Source: an uncultured delta proteobacterium
GTDB taxonomy: Bacteria > Desulfobacterota > Binatia > DP-6
DNA: 64,000 nucleotides
Direction: 5' to 3'
Assembly (NCBI GenBank): GCA_963815115.1
Contig: CAWFFN010000007.1
Location: 416,001-480,000, forward strand
Shown piece after piece: positions 44,404 to 54,909 of this stretch (within the stretch, counting starts at the first letter, position 1; each line of letters opens with the position of its first letter). Under the pieces are notes generated by a model. The model saw only the letters and a list, made by a program, of their open reading frames with translations. It searched no databases and was not told the origin of the DNA. Position numbers and translations under genes: made by a program.

Positions 44404-44800
44404 CGCCTGTTCGATCAAGAGACAGGTCGAAGGTCTCTCCGCTGAGTTCCGGCGGTTCGTCGCTAGCCCTTCCCTAGCCCACCCCTAGCCCAGGATCATC
44501 ACCATGCCCAATCGGCGGGACCGCAACCGCATCGACTCGGATATCCGTCTCCCACGACGCCGTTCTCGTCGTCATCGAGTTGCCATCAGACCGTCGATGC
44601 TGATCCCGCTGGTTGCCCGAGTTGCTCGGCATCCCGGAGACTGAGGCGTTGCAGCTGCTCGATGACCTGGAGGCTGTGGGGCTGCCTCGTGAGCGCGACG
44701 GGGCCGGTGCAGTCGAGAATGCGTGCCAGCGATGCCGCGAAACTCTGGGTCGGCGGTTAACGTTGCTCGTTCGGTGGTCGGCCGGTAGGCTCAGACTCCA

Positions 44801-45685
44801 GTGCCCACGACGCCACCGCGTGACCTGCTCGACCGCGACTTGAGCAAGGCCCAGATGCGGGAGGCCATCGAGGTTGCCGTTCCGCTGCTCCAAGAAGTCG
44901 TGAACCATGGTGTGGCGGTACTGGCCCGTTGCCTTCCCGTGGTAAAGGACGAGGAACACCACCTCGCCATCCTTCTACTGTACCGGCATTTCCTGGAGAT
45001 GGTCGACGGCGTGGAAGTGCTCCTGGGGGCGCCAGCCAGCAGCGCGGCTCAACTGTTACTTCGGAGCGCCTTCGAGTTCATCCGCCATCAAGTACATGAT
45101 CGACGCAGACACGCAGCGCCGCGCCTTTGCTTACCTGGCTGCCCAGGCACAGCGCGAGATAGCGGCGCTGTGCACAGTGACGAAGAAGTACCCCGACCTT
45201 GTTGAGGCGAAGCACGTCGCCGAGAACATGATGACGTTCCAGGACCGGCTCGATCGACCAGGATGGCGGGAGGCGAACGAGGAGTTGCTGCGACTCGCCA
45301 GGAACGCGCTCGAAGAACGGGAAGGTTCGCACTAGTCCACTGGTTTTCCGCGTGGGGCGGTCCAGGTACGCTCGCGGACCTCGCCGGGCGACTCGGCACG
45401 GCGAAGGCGAGGGAGTACGACATACTCTACCGTCAGTGGTCAGCCGTCGTCCATGCCGGCGATATCGAGAGCAACCTGAAGAGAGGGCCCAGTGAGAGCA
45501 TGGTCATCCGGCGCCTACGTCTGTCTGTCGACTTCGGCGGGATAGTAGACTTCGCAGTCAACTTCGCCTACGAGACGGCCCGCGATGTACTTTCCCTCTA
45601 CCGCCCAGGCGAAGAGCGCGCGCTTGCCGAGTGGTTCCTTCGCGAGGTTCGTGACCGACGCAACCGGCTCACTGGCACGGCCTGA
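44801..45685 (+). pseudogene. DUF5677-like helical protein split over three frames
   Basis: LLRSAFE, HWFS..GGP..LADLA, YDILYRQWSAVVH across ORFs 44801, 45096 and 45263. Confidence 0.65.
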
Positions 45686-46384
45686 TTGGTTACGCAGGGA
45701 GATTCCCGGAGGGATCCGCGCCGACTCGACGCGCACCGGAACCCTCTGACCGCCGCCGCGTGGCTGTACGGGGATCCTCAGATCCAACCAGGGGCATCCT
45801 CGTCGGGGGGATGGACGTGCCACCCACGCCTCAGCGGGCCGCAGCGCCCGCCTGGCGCGCGCTGGGGGCCGTGTTGCGCGCGGTGCTTGCGTGTCTACGT
45901 CAGCGGGACCTCGGCCTCGACCTCGGCGTAGTCTCGCGCCCGAAGCGCCGCATGCGGCCGTACGGCCGGGCGGCAGATGCACCCGGCCCGGCGCCTCCTC
46001 GTCGGGGCCAGGACGCCGGGGACGTGCACGGCACGACCACCACCACGGTGGCGCCGTGACGGCCATCATCGCCGCCCCGCTGATCGACCCGCGCTATGCG
46101 CTGGTGATCGCGGTCGCCCTCTTCGCCTGTGCCATGGCGGCGATCGGGGCCGAGCGAAAAAATATCAGCGTTCTACATGCGGGGCGCCCGCGTACCCGGC
46201 TATCTTGAGTCGTAGACGTGCGGGATGGAAGAAGACCGGGCCCATGGGCCCTGACGGGCAGTAGGGTGATGGGAGATAAGCCTCCCCTTGACAGAATGAC
46301 AAGAAATTCCTTCCACTACGGCAAGGCCGGGTTTGTTAAGAGCGCACATGCCAAGGTCGACCGGGCCCTCACGGGTCGGGCGGG

Positions 46385-46441
46385 CTGGACGTCGACGACA
46401 ACCTGGACGTCGACAACAGCCCTGGACGTCGACCGACAACC
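46385..46441 (+). repeat. Three tandem 18-19-bp repeats with core CTGGACGTCGAC
   Basis: Units start at 46385, 46403 and 46422. Confidence 0.8.
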
Positions 46442-46962
46442 CACCTCCGTCATCGAGCGCCGGTTGGAACCGGACGCCCGTCAGGAATGCCCCTGGTACG
46501 CACACAGACGGCCGGAGACGCGCTTGCCCGTACGGGCCGGATTCGTCGCCTGGCCGTTGGCCCAGGAGGGCCGCAAATGGCCCCGGTGCTAGACAGGATC
46601 TCTCCTGCCGTAGCAGATACTGCATGCTGGCTGGGTGCTGTAGAGGCCTCGTGTAGCCCTGCGCGGCCGTAGGCCGGGTCATCCGTCCAGCCTGGGCGTG
46701 GGAAAGGCCGAAAACTGCCCGCGCATCGCGAAAGGGAATGCGTGAGGGGCCAGCCGCCATCGGGACCGAACTTCGAGAACCGACCCGGACCCCCACCCCC
46801 GGCCGTACGGGCCGTGGTTCCGGTGAGCTGCCTTGCTGCGGTAGTACCTTCTCCGCATCGTGTGCATCTGCAAGAATTCTTCTTGCCAGGTATACCCCGT
46901 TTGGGAGGCCGGAGCTTTACATTAGACGCTAGTCTGTGGTAAACGGAGGGCATGACAACACG

Positions 46963-47693
46963 GTGAAAGCGATAGGGTACTGCGCGTCTAGACGACGCGC
47001 AGGGCAGCAACGGCGGCGGCCTCGCTGCACAACGCGAAGCGATCACGCGGCTAGCGGACGCACGCGGATGGCAGCTGGTAGAGGTGGTCGAGGACGTCGG
47101 CGTGTAGGGCAGCGTGCGCTGGCGATCGCGCGCCGGGGCACGGGCGCTGGCACTGCTCCGGGATGGGGGCGCTGACGTGCTGGTGGTCAGCAAGCTAGAT
47201 CGCTTGTCGAGGTCTGCCACGACCTCGCCGGGCTGCTCGAAGAGAAGGCGAGACGTCGGAGGATAACGGAAGCGCCGGGGTGAGTACACCAGCTGGCGCC
47301 TGGTGTCGGCGACCTCGGCGAACTTGATATGACCACGCCCGTGGGGGAACTGGTCGCGAACGTCCTCGGCGCGCCAGCCGGATGGAACGGCGCATGATCG
47401 GCGTGAGAACGAGCGAAGCCTACGGGCAAGCAGCAACGCGCCGGGCTGCGTCTGGGCAGTGCACGGCGATGGCAGACGAGACGCGGGCGCTCGTGTTGTC
47501 GCTCTACGCGAAGCACCGGGGCTGGTCGGCGTGGGCCTCGGCGCTCAACGAGCGCGAGGTACGACGGCGAGCGGGGGCGTGCGGTGGTACCGAGCAGCGT
47601 GCGCAGCGTCGTGCTGGCGGCCAGCGCGACGTGCAGCGTTGCGGCCAGCACCTCGGCGCCGTCGGGACGACTGGCGCGGCTACATGCGCGTGA
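46963..47693 (+). pseudogene. Serine recombinase (resolvase-type), multiply frameshifted
   Basis: KAIGYC, WQLVEVVED, ADVLVVSKLDRLSRS, DMTTPVGELVANVL, ERRMIGVRT across frames. Confidence 0.8.
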
Positions 47694-48492
47694 CCCTTGC
47701 TCGGTGTCTCGGTCGCGGGTAGCGCGTGGGTCTCTGCCTCCTCTGTAGTGGCACTACGGCTCATGGCTCATGACCCATTCGCTCTACGGGCGCGTCGCTA
47801 AGTGCCTGATAACGCTTGCCTGTGACCCACCGTTCTCGCTGGCAAACCCCCACGGCTCAATAGGCTGGGATGTGCGGCGAACGCGCGTTCTGAAGACACA
47901 TAGGAGGGTCCACCATCGGCCTAGATTTCTCGGTCCATGGTCCGCTGACTTCGAGGTCTGGTTGACAAGGTGCTTTGGCGGCGATCTGGAGGCGTCGGTC
48001 GGCGTAGTCGAGGTGGCGCACCAACTGTCCGCTCGTCCGCGAGAGGACAGTGTCCGGCGACCCGTGGAAGACGAGAACGCTCGCGACGGGCAGGTGGAAG
48101 CGGAGGTGGACATGAGGACGAGAGCGGGGCGCGGGTTTCTCCCTGACGTCCGATGTGGCTCTGGTAGCTCAGGTCTCGATCAGTACGGTGCTGAACGCAG
48201 AACGACCGGGGCGAATTGATCCCGGTCGGGTCGAATACTACCAAAAGGGCTTCGCATTTTCGATCGGGTCGAGGTGCGCTGCTGGACGGCGGCACGGGCC
48301 ACTGGTGGTGAGGGGGTGTGATGGCGATGTGGAACGACAACGAACCGACGACGCGACCTGGCGGCGCTCCCGGCCGAGGCTGAGCAACTCAAGGCCGAGA
48401 GGCCCATTGGCGAACTGTATGGCAGGCCGAGGAGCGCGCCCGCAAGCAGGCGCGAGGCGGCGGCTTGTCGGGCAGCGGAACTGGCGACGCGC

Positions 48493-49492
48493 GTGGAGCG
48501 ACTGCGCGACACAGCGATGCCGCTCCTGCCGCACCTCACGGCGGACCAACTCACCGGCACATTCGAGCCGGTGTTTGTGCAGCTGCTCGATCAGTTGGAG
48601 GAAGACGCCGCCTGGGACGTTGATACCGACGCCGTCGGCGAGCTGCGATGGGAACTCGGGGGCGCGTACAAGCGGCGCCTGAAGGTGGTGCAGGACGCGG
48701 ACCAGAAGCGCCTGAAGGTGGTGCAGGACGCGGCACGCGTCGCGGACTTGGAGGCCGCCATCGCGCGGTTCAGCGCACATGTGTTCGCACCCGATGCCCA
48801 TCGGCAGCCGTGGTGGTGCACGTTGGTCTTCGAGGCCCGGTACCTCAAAGACGATTGCGGTGCGCTCCCCGTGGAGCAGGACCGCACACGGTTGCTGCAG
48901 GCACTGCAGCCGGCCAGGCTGCGGGTCGAGGAGCAGGAGCAGCGCGCCAAGCAGGACGCCGCAGCGGTCGAGCTGGAGGCGTGGCGCACCCGCGCCGTGA
49001 CCTGCTCATGGATCCCGGACCTATGCTTCCTCGATGCGGTGCCGTGCGACTACAAGGCTGCCTGGCGCCAGATCGATGATCTGCCCGCTGCGCAGGTGCT
49101 CCGGGGCTTGCGTGACTGGAGCGTGTGGAAGTCGTTCCCGCTCGACGCCTTCAGGGTGGTGCGTGACTACATGAACCAGGCTATCCGCCGGCCAGCGGAT
49201 CATCGTCGCTGGGACTGGCCCGCTGACGCCGAGACCGGGGCGTTCGATGCGCAGGGCCGGCCGTTCCCGCACAAGTTCGGATTTCTGGCCGTGCTGCGGG
49301 CGGTGGCATGGCAGCGCGGGATCGGCACCGCCGAGGCGGCGTGGAAATGGGACCAACGACGCCGGGCGAAGGTGAAGGTCGCCGCCATCTGCGGCGGCGT
49401 GTGCCGCGCCTGCGGTGCGCCGGAGGCGGATGCCGTCGAGCCCTTGGAGTTAAACCACCTCCTGTACGGCCAAGGTGGTCAGAAGCGAAAGG
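48493..49492 (+). pseudogene. Hypothetical protein with C-terminal HNH-like zinc domain, interrupted by IS3
   Basis: GGVCRACG..LELNHLLY just before the IS end; internal 33-bp-period duplication at 48675-48733. Confidence 0.55.
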
Positions 49493-50758
49493 TGGTCTTG
49501 CCCGTCCGGGCGAACACCTGAGTTAAGCCGCTGCGCGGCGATTCCAGTATCGGTCTCGTAGTCGACGGGGCTCATCATGTCGATGGCTGAGTGCGACGCT
49601 GGCGGTTGTAGACGGCTTCGATCCAGTGAACGGTCGCCGTACGTGTGCGAGCCGGGTCGGCTATGACCGGGGCTCGATCAGCGGAGCTTGTAGGTCGCGA
49701 AGAAGGACTCGGCGAGGGCGTTGTCCAGCAGACGCCGGTCTTTCCCATTGACTGTTTCACGCTGTGCGCATCGCACAGTGCCCGGAACTCGGCCGAGGTG
49801 TATTGGCTTCCCCTGTCCGAGTGGAAGATAGACACCTCAACGTTTCCGCTGCGCGTAGCGACGGCCATCATCAACGCATCGCACACGAGCGATGCGCGCA
49901 AGTGACCGGCGAGGGAGAATCCGATCACGCGACGCGAGAAGACGTCGATGACCGTCGCCAGGTACAGCCAGCTCTCCCACGTGCGGATGTAGGTGATGTC
50001 GCTGACCACAGCATGTCGGGGGACGGCGCTTCGAACTTCCCATGCACGAGATCGGGGATCGCCGGCGGTGTCGGTTCCGGTGTCGTCGTACGGACAGCGC
50101 GGTGGGCGACGACCTCGCAGGCTCGCTGCCTTCATCAACCGCGCTACGCGCTTGCGGCCGACCTCGTGGCTCTGGGCCTGCAACTCAGCCAGCACGCGGG
50201 GCACGCCGTATTGGCTGTCCGACGCCGCATGGATCGCCTTGATCTTCGCCAGCAGTGCCGCATCGTCTCGTTCACGCTGCGACGGCGGCCCGTCCTGCCA
50301 CTCGTAGTAGGCGGTGCGGGAGACCTGGGCGATCCGGCAAAGCTGCGTCACCGAATACCGACGACTCTCCGCCTCGACGAACCGGTACCGGCTCATCGGG
50401 TCTCCATCGCGAAGAAAGCCGCCGCCGCTTCAAGATGTCGCTCGTCGCGGAGCACCGCACCTCGCGCTGCAACGCGCAGCTCCTCGCGCTCCTCGGTCGT
50501 CAGCCCTCCCGTTCGCCGCGTCGACCGCACCTGCTCGACCAGCGGCGCACCGCTGTCTCGCTCAGGTCCATCTCCCGACAAATCGTCGGGATCGTCCGGT
50601 CACTCTGACGCCAAGGCGACGACTCGGCTTGAACGAACTCGTGAACGATCGCTGTGGGCGGCGACTCGCTGCCTTGCCTCCACTTCTTCCGCATCGAACA
50701 CCTCCTCGTGGGCTCACGCCACATCTGGGGTGTTCGCGGTGAGGGGCGAGTAAGGTCA
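49493..50758 (-). mobile_element. IS3-family insertion sequence, frameshifted orfA/orfB
   Basis: orfB YGVPRV, GRKRVARLM, SDITYI, LYLATVIDVFSRRVIG, HSDRGSQYTS; ends TGGTCTT..GCGAACACC and TGACCTT..GCGAACACC (reverse strand). Confidence 0.88.
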
Positions 50759-51462
50759 AGACGGACAAGTTGCGGAGCGACTCATCACGCATGCCGCGAC
50801 ATGGGGGACCGCTGTGGTGGGTCGAGCTGCTGTGCAGCGATGCATGCCATCAGACGGAGGCCAACGGGCCGGTGTCGTGTGGGGGCGACGCTCGATATGT
50901 GCGGACCGGCGAGCCACGCGGGTGATGACTTCCCGAGGGCTTGGCTTGCACGGTGCCTGTCGCGGCGCGCACGGCCCGGCACCGGCCCGTAGGGGCGGTT
51001 AGGCGTCAGGCATGAGGTTGTACTTGCAAGCAAACTGGGTAGTCAGGATGGAGTACCCTGACTATAACCCCCTCGCAATCCTGACGCCTCAGTGAACATG
51101 CCGAAAGGACGCGGGAATTGACCATCTGGGCACATCTGCGCTTCCGGTCCACCTCGGACTGCCTGACGTGCTCACATGCCATAGCACGTTGTGTCCGCGC
51201 GCGGGTCGATCGCCGAATGCATGTACTTCGACTCGATGTCCGAGTTGATGGACTCCGACTCGGTCGGCTCGACCGACGGCCAACCGCCCGCGCTGAGCCT
51301 TGGCGCGGAGCGCGTGAAGTCCGGCCACGGGACTGACGCCTGCCGAAATTCCTGCAGGCCACACACGCGATCCCGGCCACGGGGTCGCCTCGCAGATGCG
51401 TCGTCAGGCGGCTTTTTTTGCGGGGCGTAGCGAAACCGGCGACTACCCTATCCTCGTAGGTA

Positions 51463-51838
51463 GTGAAGACCGAACGAATAGGCAGCCGCCTGCGCCGCTG
51501 CCGACCGTCGCGGACATCGACCACTTGCCGCTGGCCGAGTTGCCGGCGTTGCCAGCGCGATGTCGGCGCTGCTCGCGTACATCACCCTGCGGCTGCGGTC
51601 GTTGGTGACCGACCACGGCGACGACTGCGACGTGTTCGACGTCGTGGAGGCCGCGCGTCGCATCGGCTGCAGCGAGGACGTGCTCCGCGAGCACGGCCAG
51701 ACGTGGGGCGTCGCGCTCGTGTTGACGCGGGACAAGAACGGCAGGCCGACCCGCGTGGTCTACCCTCGCGCCTTGGTGCGGGCGTACCTCGAACGGCGTC
51801 TGCCGAACATGCCGGCGACAACGTCGGCAGCCGCGTGA
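51463..51838 (+). CDS. Excisionase-like HTH protein (5' part frameshifted)
   Basis: FDVVEAARRIGCSEDVL..VYPRALVRAYLE directly upstream of the integrase. Confidence 0.65.
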
Positions 51839-51890
51839 TAGCTCGGCGGCACGGGCGTCGAGACCGACGGCCCGCAGAAGGAGGAACGAC

Positions 51891-53038
51891 GTGATGGCGA
51901 AGAGATCGAAGCTGCCGCCGGGCCTGTACCGGCGGCGGAAGCGCGACGGCACCCCCGGAGAGGTGTGGTGGTTCTGGTACCGGCCGCCGGGGAGCAAGCG
52001 CGCGGTGCAGATGAGCACGCGCACGGTCGACCTCGTCGAGGCGGAGCACTTCATGCACCGCAAGCTGGCCGAGGATACGCAGGCCCGCGCCGCGCGGATC
52101 GTTACGGCCTCGGTCACGGTGGCCGACGCGCTGGCGCTGCTCCGGAAGCACCGCGACGCGCGTGGTACCGCGATCCACCGCGCTCTCTACGCGGGCTTGC
52201 AGCACGCACTGGGGCATCTACTCGTCGGTGATCTGCGCCCCGTCCACCTCGATGACCTGTGCGCCAGGTGGCGGGCCGTGGCATCGAGTACCCGGACCGC
52301 GACCTGAAGAGGAACCCGCAGCACTCCGTCAGCGGGACGACGTGCAACCACGGCATGCGGATGCTCCGTCTGGCCCTGCGGCTCGCGTCCGTCAAGCTGG
52401 CGGTGCCGTTGCCGCCCGGCCTCGGCGACCCGCTGGCGTACCCGAAGTTCTCGGAGCCGATCACCGGCCAGTACATCCCGCCGGGTGACTTCTACGCCAT
52501 CCTGAGCCACATCGACGCGGGCCCGAAGCAGGCCCTGACCGAGGTTGCATACCTGACCGGAGTCCGGAAGGGCCAACTCCGGAAGACCGAGATACGGAAC
52601 GTCGCGTGGAGCGTGGCACCGTGACGGCGTTGGTGTGGGACTTCGGCAAGGTGAAGAACCGGCGCGAGCACGTCGTTGCCTGGCAGGCAGGGCGCAGGAG
52701 ATCATGCAGGAGTTGTGGAAGGGCCGGCGCCCCGGCTGCCCGATCTTCCACCTCGACGGCCGGTCGGTCGGGGAGCTGCGGAGCGAGTGGGAGCGCGCCT
52801 GCACGGCCGCAGGCTTCGCCGTGGGCCGGAAGGCACACGGCTTCGTCTTCCACGACACGAGGCGCTGCGGCGACCACCAACATGTCGGCCACCGGGCACG
52901 CCGGACGTCGTCGCGCGGACCATCACGGGGCACCGGACGGCGTCGATGCAGTCGCGCTACAACATCACCCAGGAGAGCGCCCAGCGGGCAGCACTCGCGG
53001 CCGTCGACCGCCTGATCAAGGCCGGGCGGGGTGCCTGA
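51891..53038 (+). pseudogene. int: Tyrosine integrase with several frameshifts
   Basis: N-terminal GLYRR..VWWFWY arm-binding-like region; TGVRKG (R), VKN (K), HDTRR (HxxR), TGH, SRY (Y). Confidence 0.9.
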
Positions 53039-53050
53039 GATGCCCGGTTT

Positions 53051-53072
53051 GTTGACGCACGCGTTGACGCAC
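53051..53072 (+). repeat. Paired GTTGACGCAC direct repeats (putative arm sites, right end of A)
   Basis: GTTGACGCAC-GC-GTTGACGCAC just after the integrase stop. Confidence 0.75.
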
Positions 53073-53103
53073 GGGGTGGAACGGACGACTTTGGCGCTCC
53101 AGC

Positions 53104-53131
53104 TTGACCCCGCAAAGGCGAGCAGTACAAG
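53104..53131 (+). promoter_or_regulatory. Element-borne sigma70-like promoter for tRNA-Gly
   Basis: TTGACC-N16-TACAAG, 14 bp before the tRNA. Confidence 0.7.
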
Positions 53132-53145
53132 CACTTCTCGCTCTT

Positions 53146-53219
53146 GCGGGTGTAGCTCAGTTGGCTAGAGCGTGTGCTTGCCAAGCACAAGGTCGTCGGT
53201 TCGACCCCGATCACCCGCT
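53146..53219 (+). tRNA. tRNA-Gly(GCC), intact, CCA not encoded
   Basis: GCGGGTG/CACCCGC acceptor stem, TGTGC-TTGCCAA-GCACA anticodon arm, GTCGG-TTCGACC-CCGAT T arm. Confidence 0.97.
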
Positions 53220-53400
53220 CTTACGAAGTCACGGACTTAGGTGGTTGGACCAGTGCCAGGGACCTCCGGGGTTCCTCTTCGCCATCGAGTTCGCTTCGAT
53301 GATTGGCTGAGTCATGAATCTGAGCGTGCCGGGAGGCGGATCGGTCTCGCCGTCGCGGCCCGCGAGCGGCGCGGCACCGTGGCAGATCGGGCGGCGGCAC

Positions 53401-54440
53401 TCACAGGACGCACCTCACCTGCGGCGGGAGCAGCTGGCGGCGCACCAGGTAGAGGTTCGCCAGCGCGAAGAGGCTGAAGGCCCGCGCGAGGTTCTTGGCG
53501 AGGCCGCGATACCGGACCTTGGCAAATCCCCACAGGCGCTTCACCACGTGGAACGGATGCTCGCCGCGGGCCCGGGTCCGCGACCGGGCCCGATTGATCG
53601 CCCGCCACCGCGGGGTGAGCGGCCGGTGCGGACCGGCGGCCCGCCGATTCACCCGATACCGCACGCCCTGGGCTTCGAAGACCTGCCGATCTGCTTCCTT
53701 CCAGTACGCCTGGTCGCCGTAAAGGACGCGTTCCGCACCGTGCAGCAGCTGCGGGAGCTGGGTGATGTCGGCAACCGCGGCATGCGTCGCGGTCACGCGG
53801 TGGACGCGCCCTTCGGATCGGTCCCGACATGCAGCTTCATCCCGAAATGCCACGCGTTCCCTTTCCGCGTCTGCTTCATCTCGGGATCGCGCGCCTGGGC
53901 GGCATTCTTCGTCGAGCTCGGGGCGGTGATGATGGTCGCGTCGACGATCGTCCCGCTCTGCAGCAACAGCCGCTTCGCGGTGAGCAGCTCCTTGACCGCG
54001 GCGAAGAGCGCGGCGGTCAGCCGGTGCTGCTCCAGCAGGTGACGGAAGCGCAGGATCGTCGTCTCGTCCGGGACCACGTCGTCCCCGAGCTCCACCCGGG
54101 CGAACCGCCGCATGGCCTCGCTGTCGTAGAGCGCGTCCTCCGCCTGCGGGTCGGAGAGATTGAACCACTGCTGCAGGAAGTAGATCCGGAGCATCTTCTC
54201 GAGCCCCAGCGGCTGCCGGCCGCGGCCGGCCTTCGGGTAGTAGGGTTCGATCACCGCGAGCAGCTGCGCCCAGGGGATCACGGCGTCCATCTCGGCGAGG
54301 AACTGCTCACGCCGGGTCACCTTGCCCTTCTGGCTCCACGCGATCCCAGCGAACGTCCGCTGCTCACCCATCCCCAACCTCCCGCGCTCGCTCGATACGT
54401 CCCGCTTCTACCCCATCGAGCGACTTGCGCAGAGCTTCCC
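53401..54440 (-). mobile_element. IS5-family transposase (frameshift near 53800) with upstream terminus at 54440
   Basis: KVTRREQFLAEMD, LEKMLRIYFLQQW, IVDATII, HFGMKLH, GDQAY, RARGEHPF..RYRGLAKN; terminus GGGAAGCTCTG; other terminus not identified. Confidence 0.9.
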
Positions 54441-54484
54441 TAACTGCAGTCGTGCATCGCCCGCGCGGCGACCGCGTCCCGGGG

Positions 54485-54514
54485 TGGGCACAATCTGGGC
54501 ACAATCTGGGCACA
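54485..54514 (+). repeat. Three tandem 11-bp-period repeats TGGGCACA(ATC) (putative arm sites)
   Basis: TGGGCACAATC TGGGCACAATC TGGGCACA. Confidence 0.8.
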
Positions 54515-54551
54515 GTCGATGCCGTTACGGAAGGGCAGCGGGCTGGTAGAT

Positions 54552-54601
54552 GCGCCGGGCAGATGGCTGGTAGGTACGAAGGACGAATACGCCCTTCGTG
54601 C
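54552..54601. repeat. Dispersed ~50-bp repeat with hairpin, copy 2
   Basis: Homologous to 40069-40118. Confidence 0.85.
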
Positions 54602-54612
54602 GTCCTAATCCT

Positions 54613-54816
54613 CTCCTAATCTGCAGCTCTGCCGTCCCGACGGCGCCCGGCTCGAACGAGTGCTCCTGCACCGGCGGTCCTGCGCCGTGCCAGATCGCCG
54701 GCATCGGGCCCGACGGTCCGACGTGCGGCGGGACCTGTCCGGAGGGACAGACGTGCCAGGTCGTCGATACCTTTCCGATCCCAGGGTGCCCGCTCCATCT
54801 CTGCGGCTGCCAGTAG
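54613..54816 (+). pseudogene. Orphan Cys-rich C-terminal module, paralogous to the end of the next gene
   Basis: CSCTGGPAPC..GPDG..TCGGTCPEGQTCQ..LCGCQ* versus CACTGGPRPC..GPDG..TCGGTCPEGQTCQ..FCGCQ*. Confidence 0.8.
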
Positions 54817-54909
54817 CGCCGCGTCGGTCGCGCCGACCAGCGCGGCCGCTGGCGCTCGCGGCTCGACCTCTTGACAGATTCCGATCGCGAGGCGCAGAGA
54901 GGGGTCGCC

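Larger units (their letters stand above)
41639..53186. mobile_element. Integrative element A (~11.5 kb) in the tRNA-Gly anticodon loop, 5'-half-replacing
   Basis: Bounded by GCTTGCCAAGC cores; xis-like gene and integrase at right end; GTTGACGC pairs at both ends. Confidence 0.85.

Noticed and set aside
47770-48460. ORFs between the resolvase and the 48493 gene
   Set aside because: No motif or consistent frame; cannot be supported.
53259-53277. Distal IS5 inverted repeat
   Set aside because: Only weak similarity to GGGAAGCTCTG and no matching target duplication.
46385-54514. CRISPR array from the short repeats at 46385 or 54485
   Set aside because: Units are too short, there are no spacers and no cas genes.
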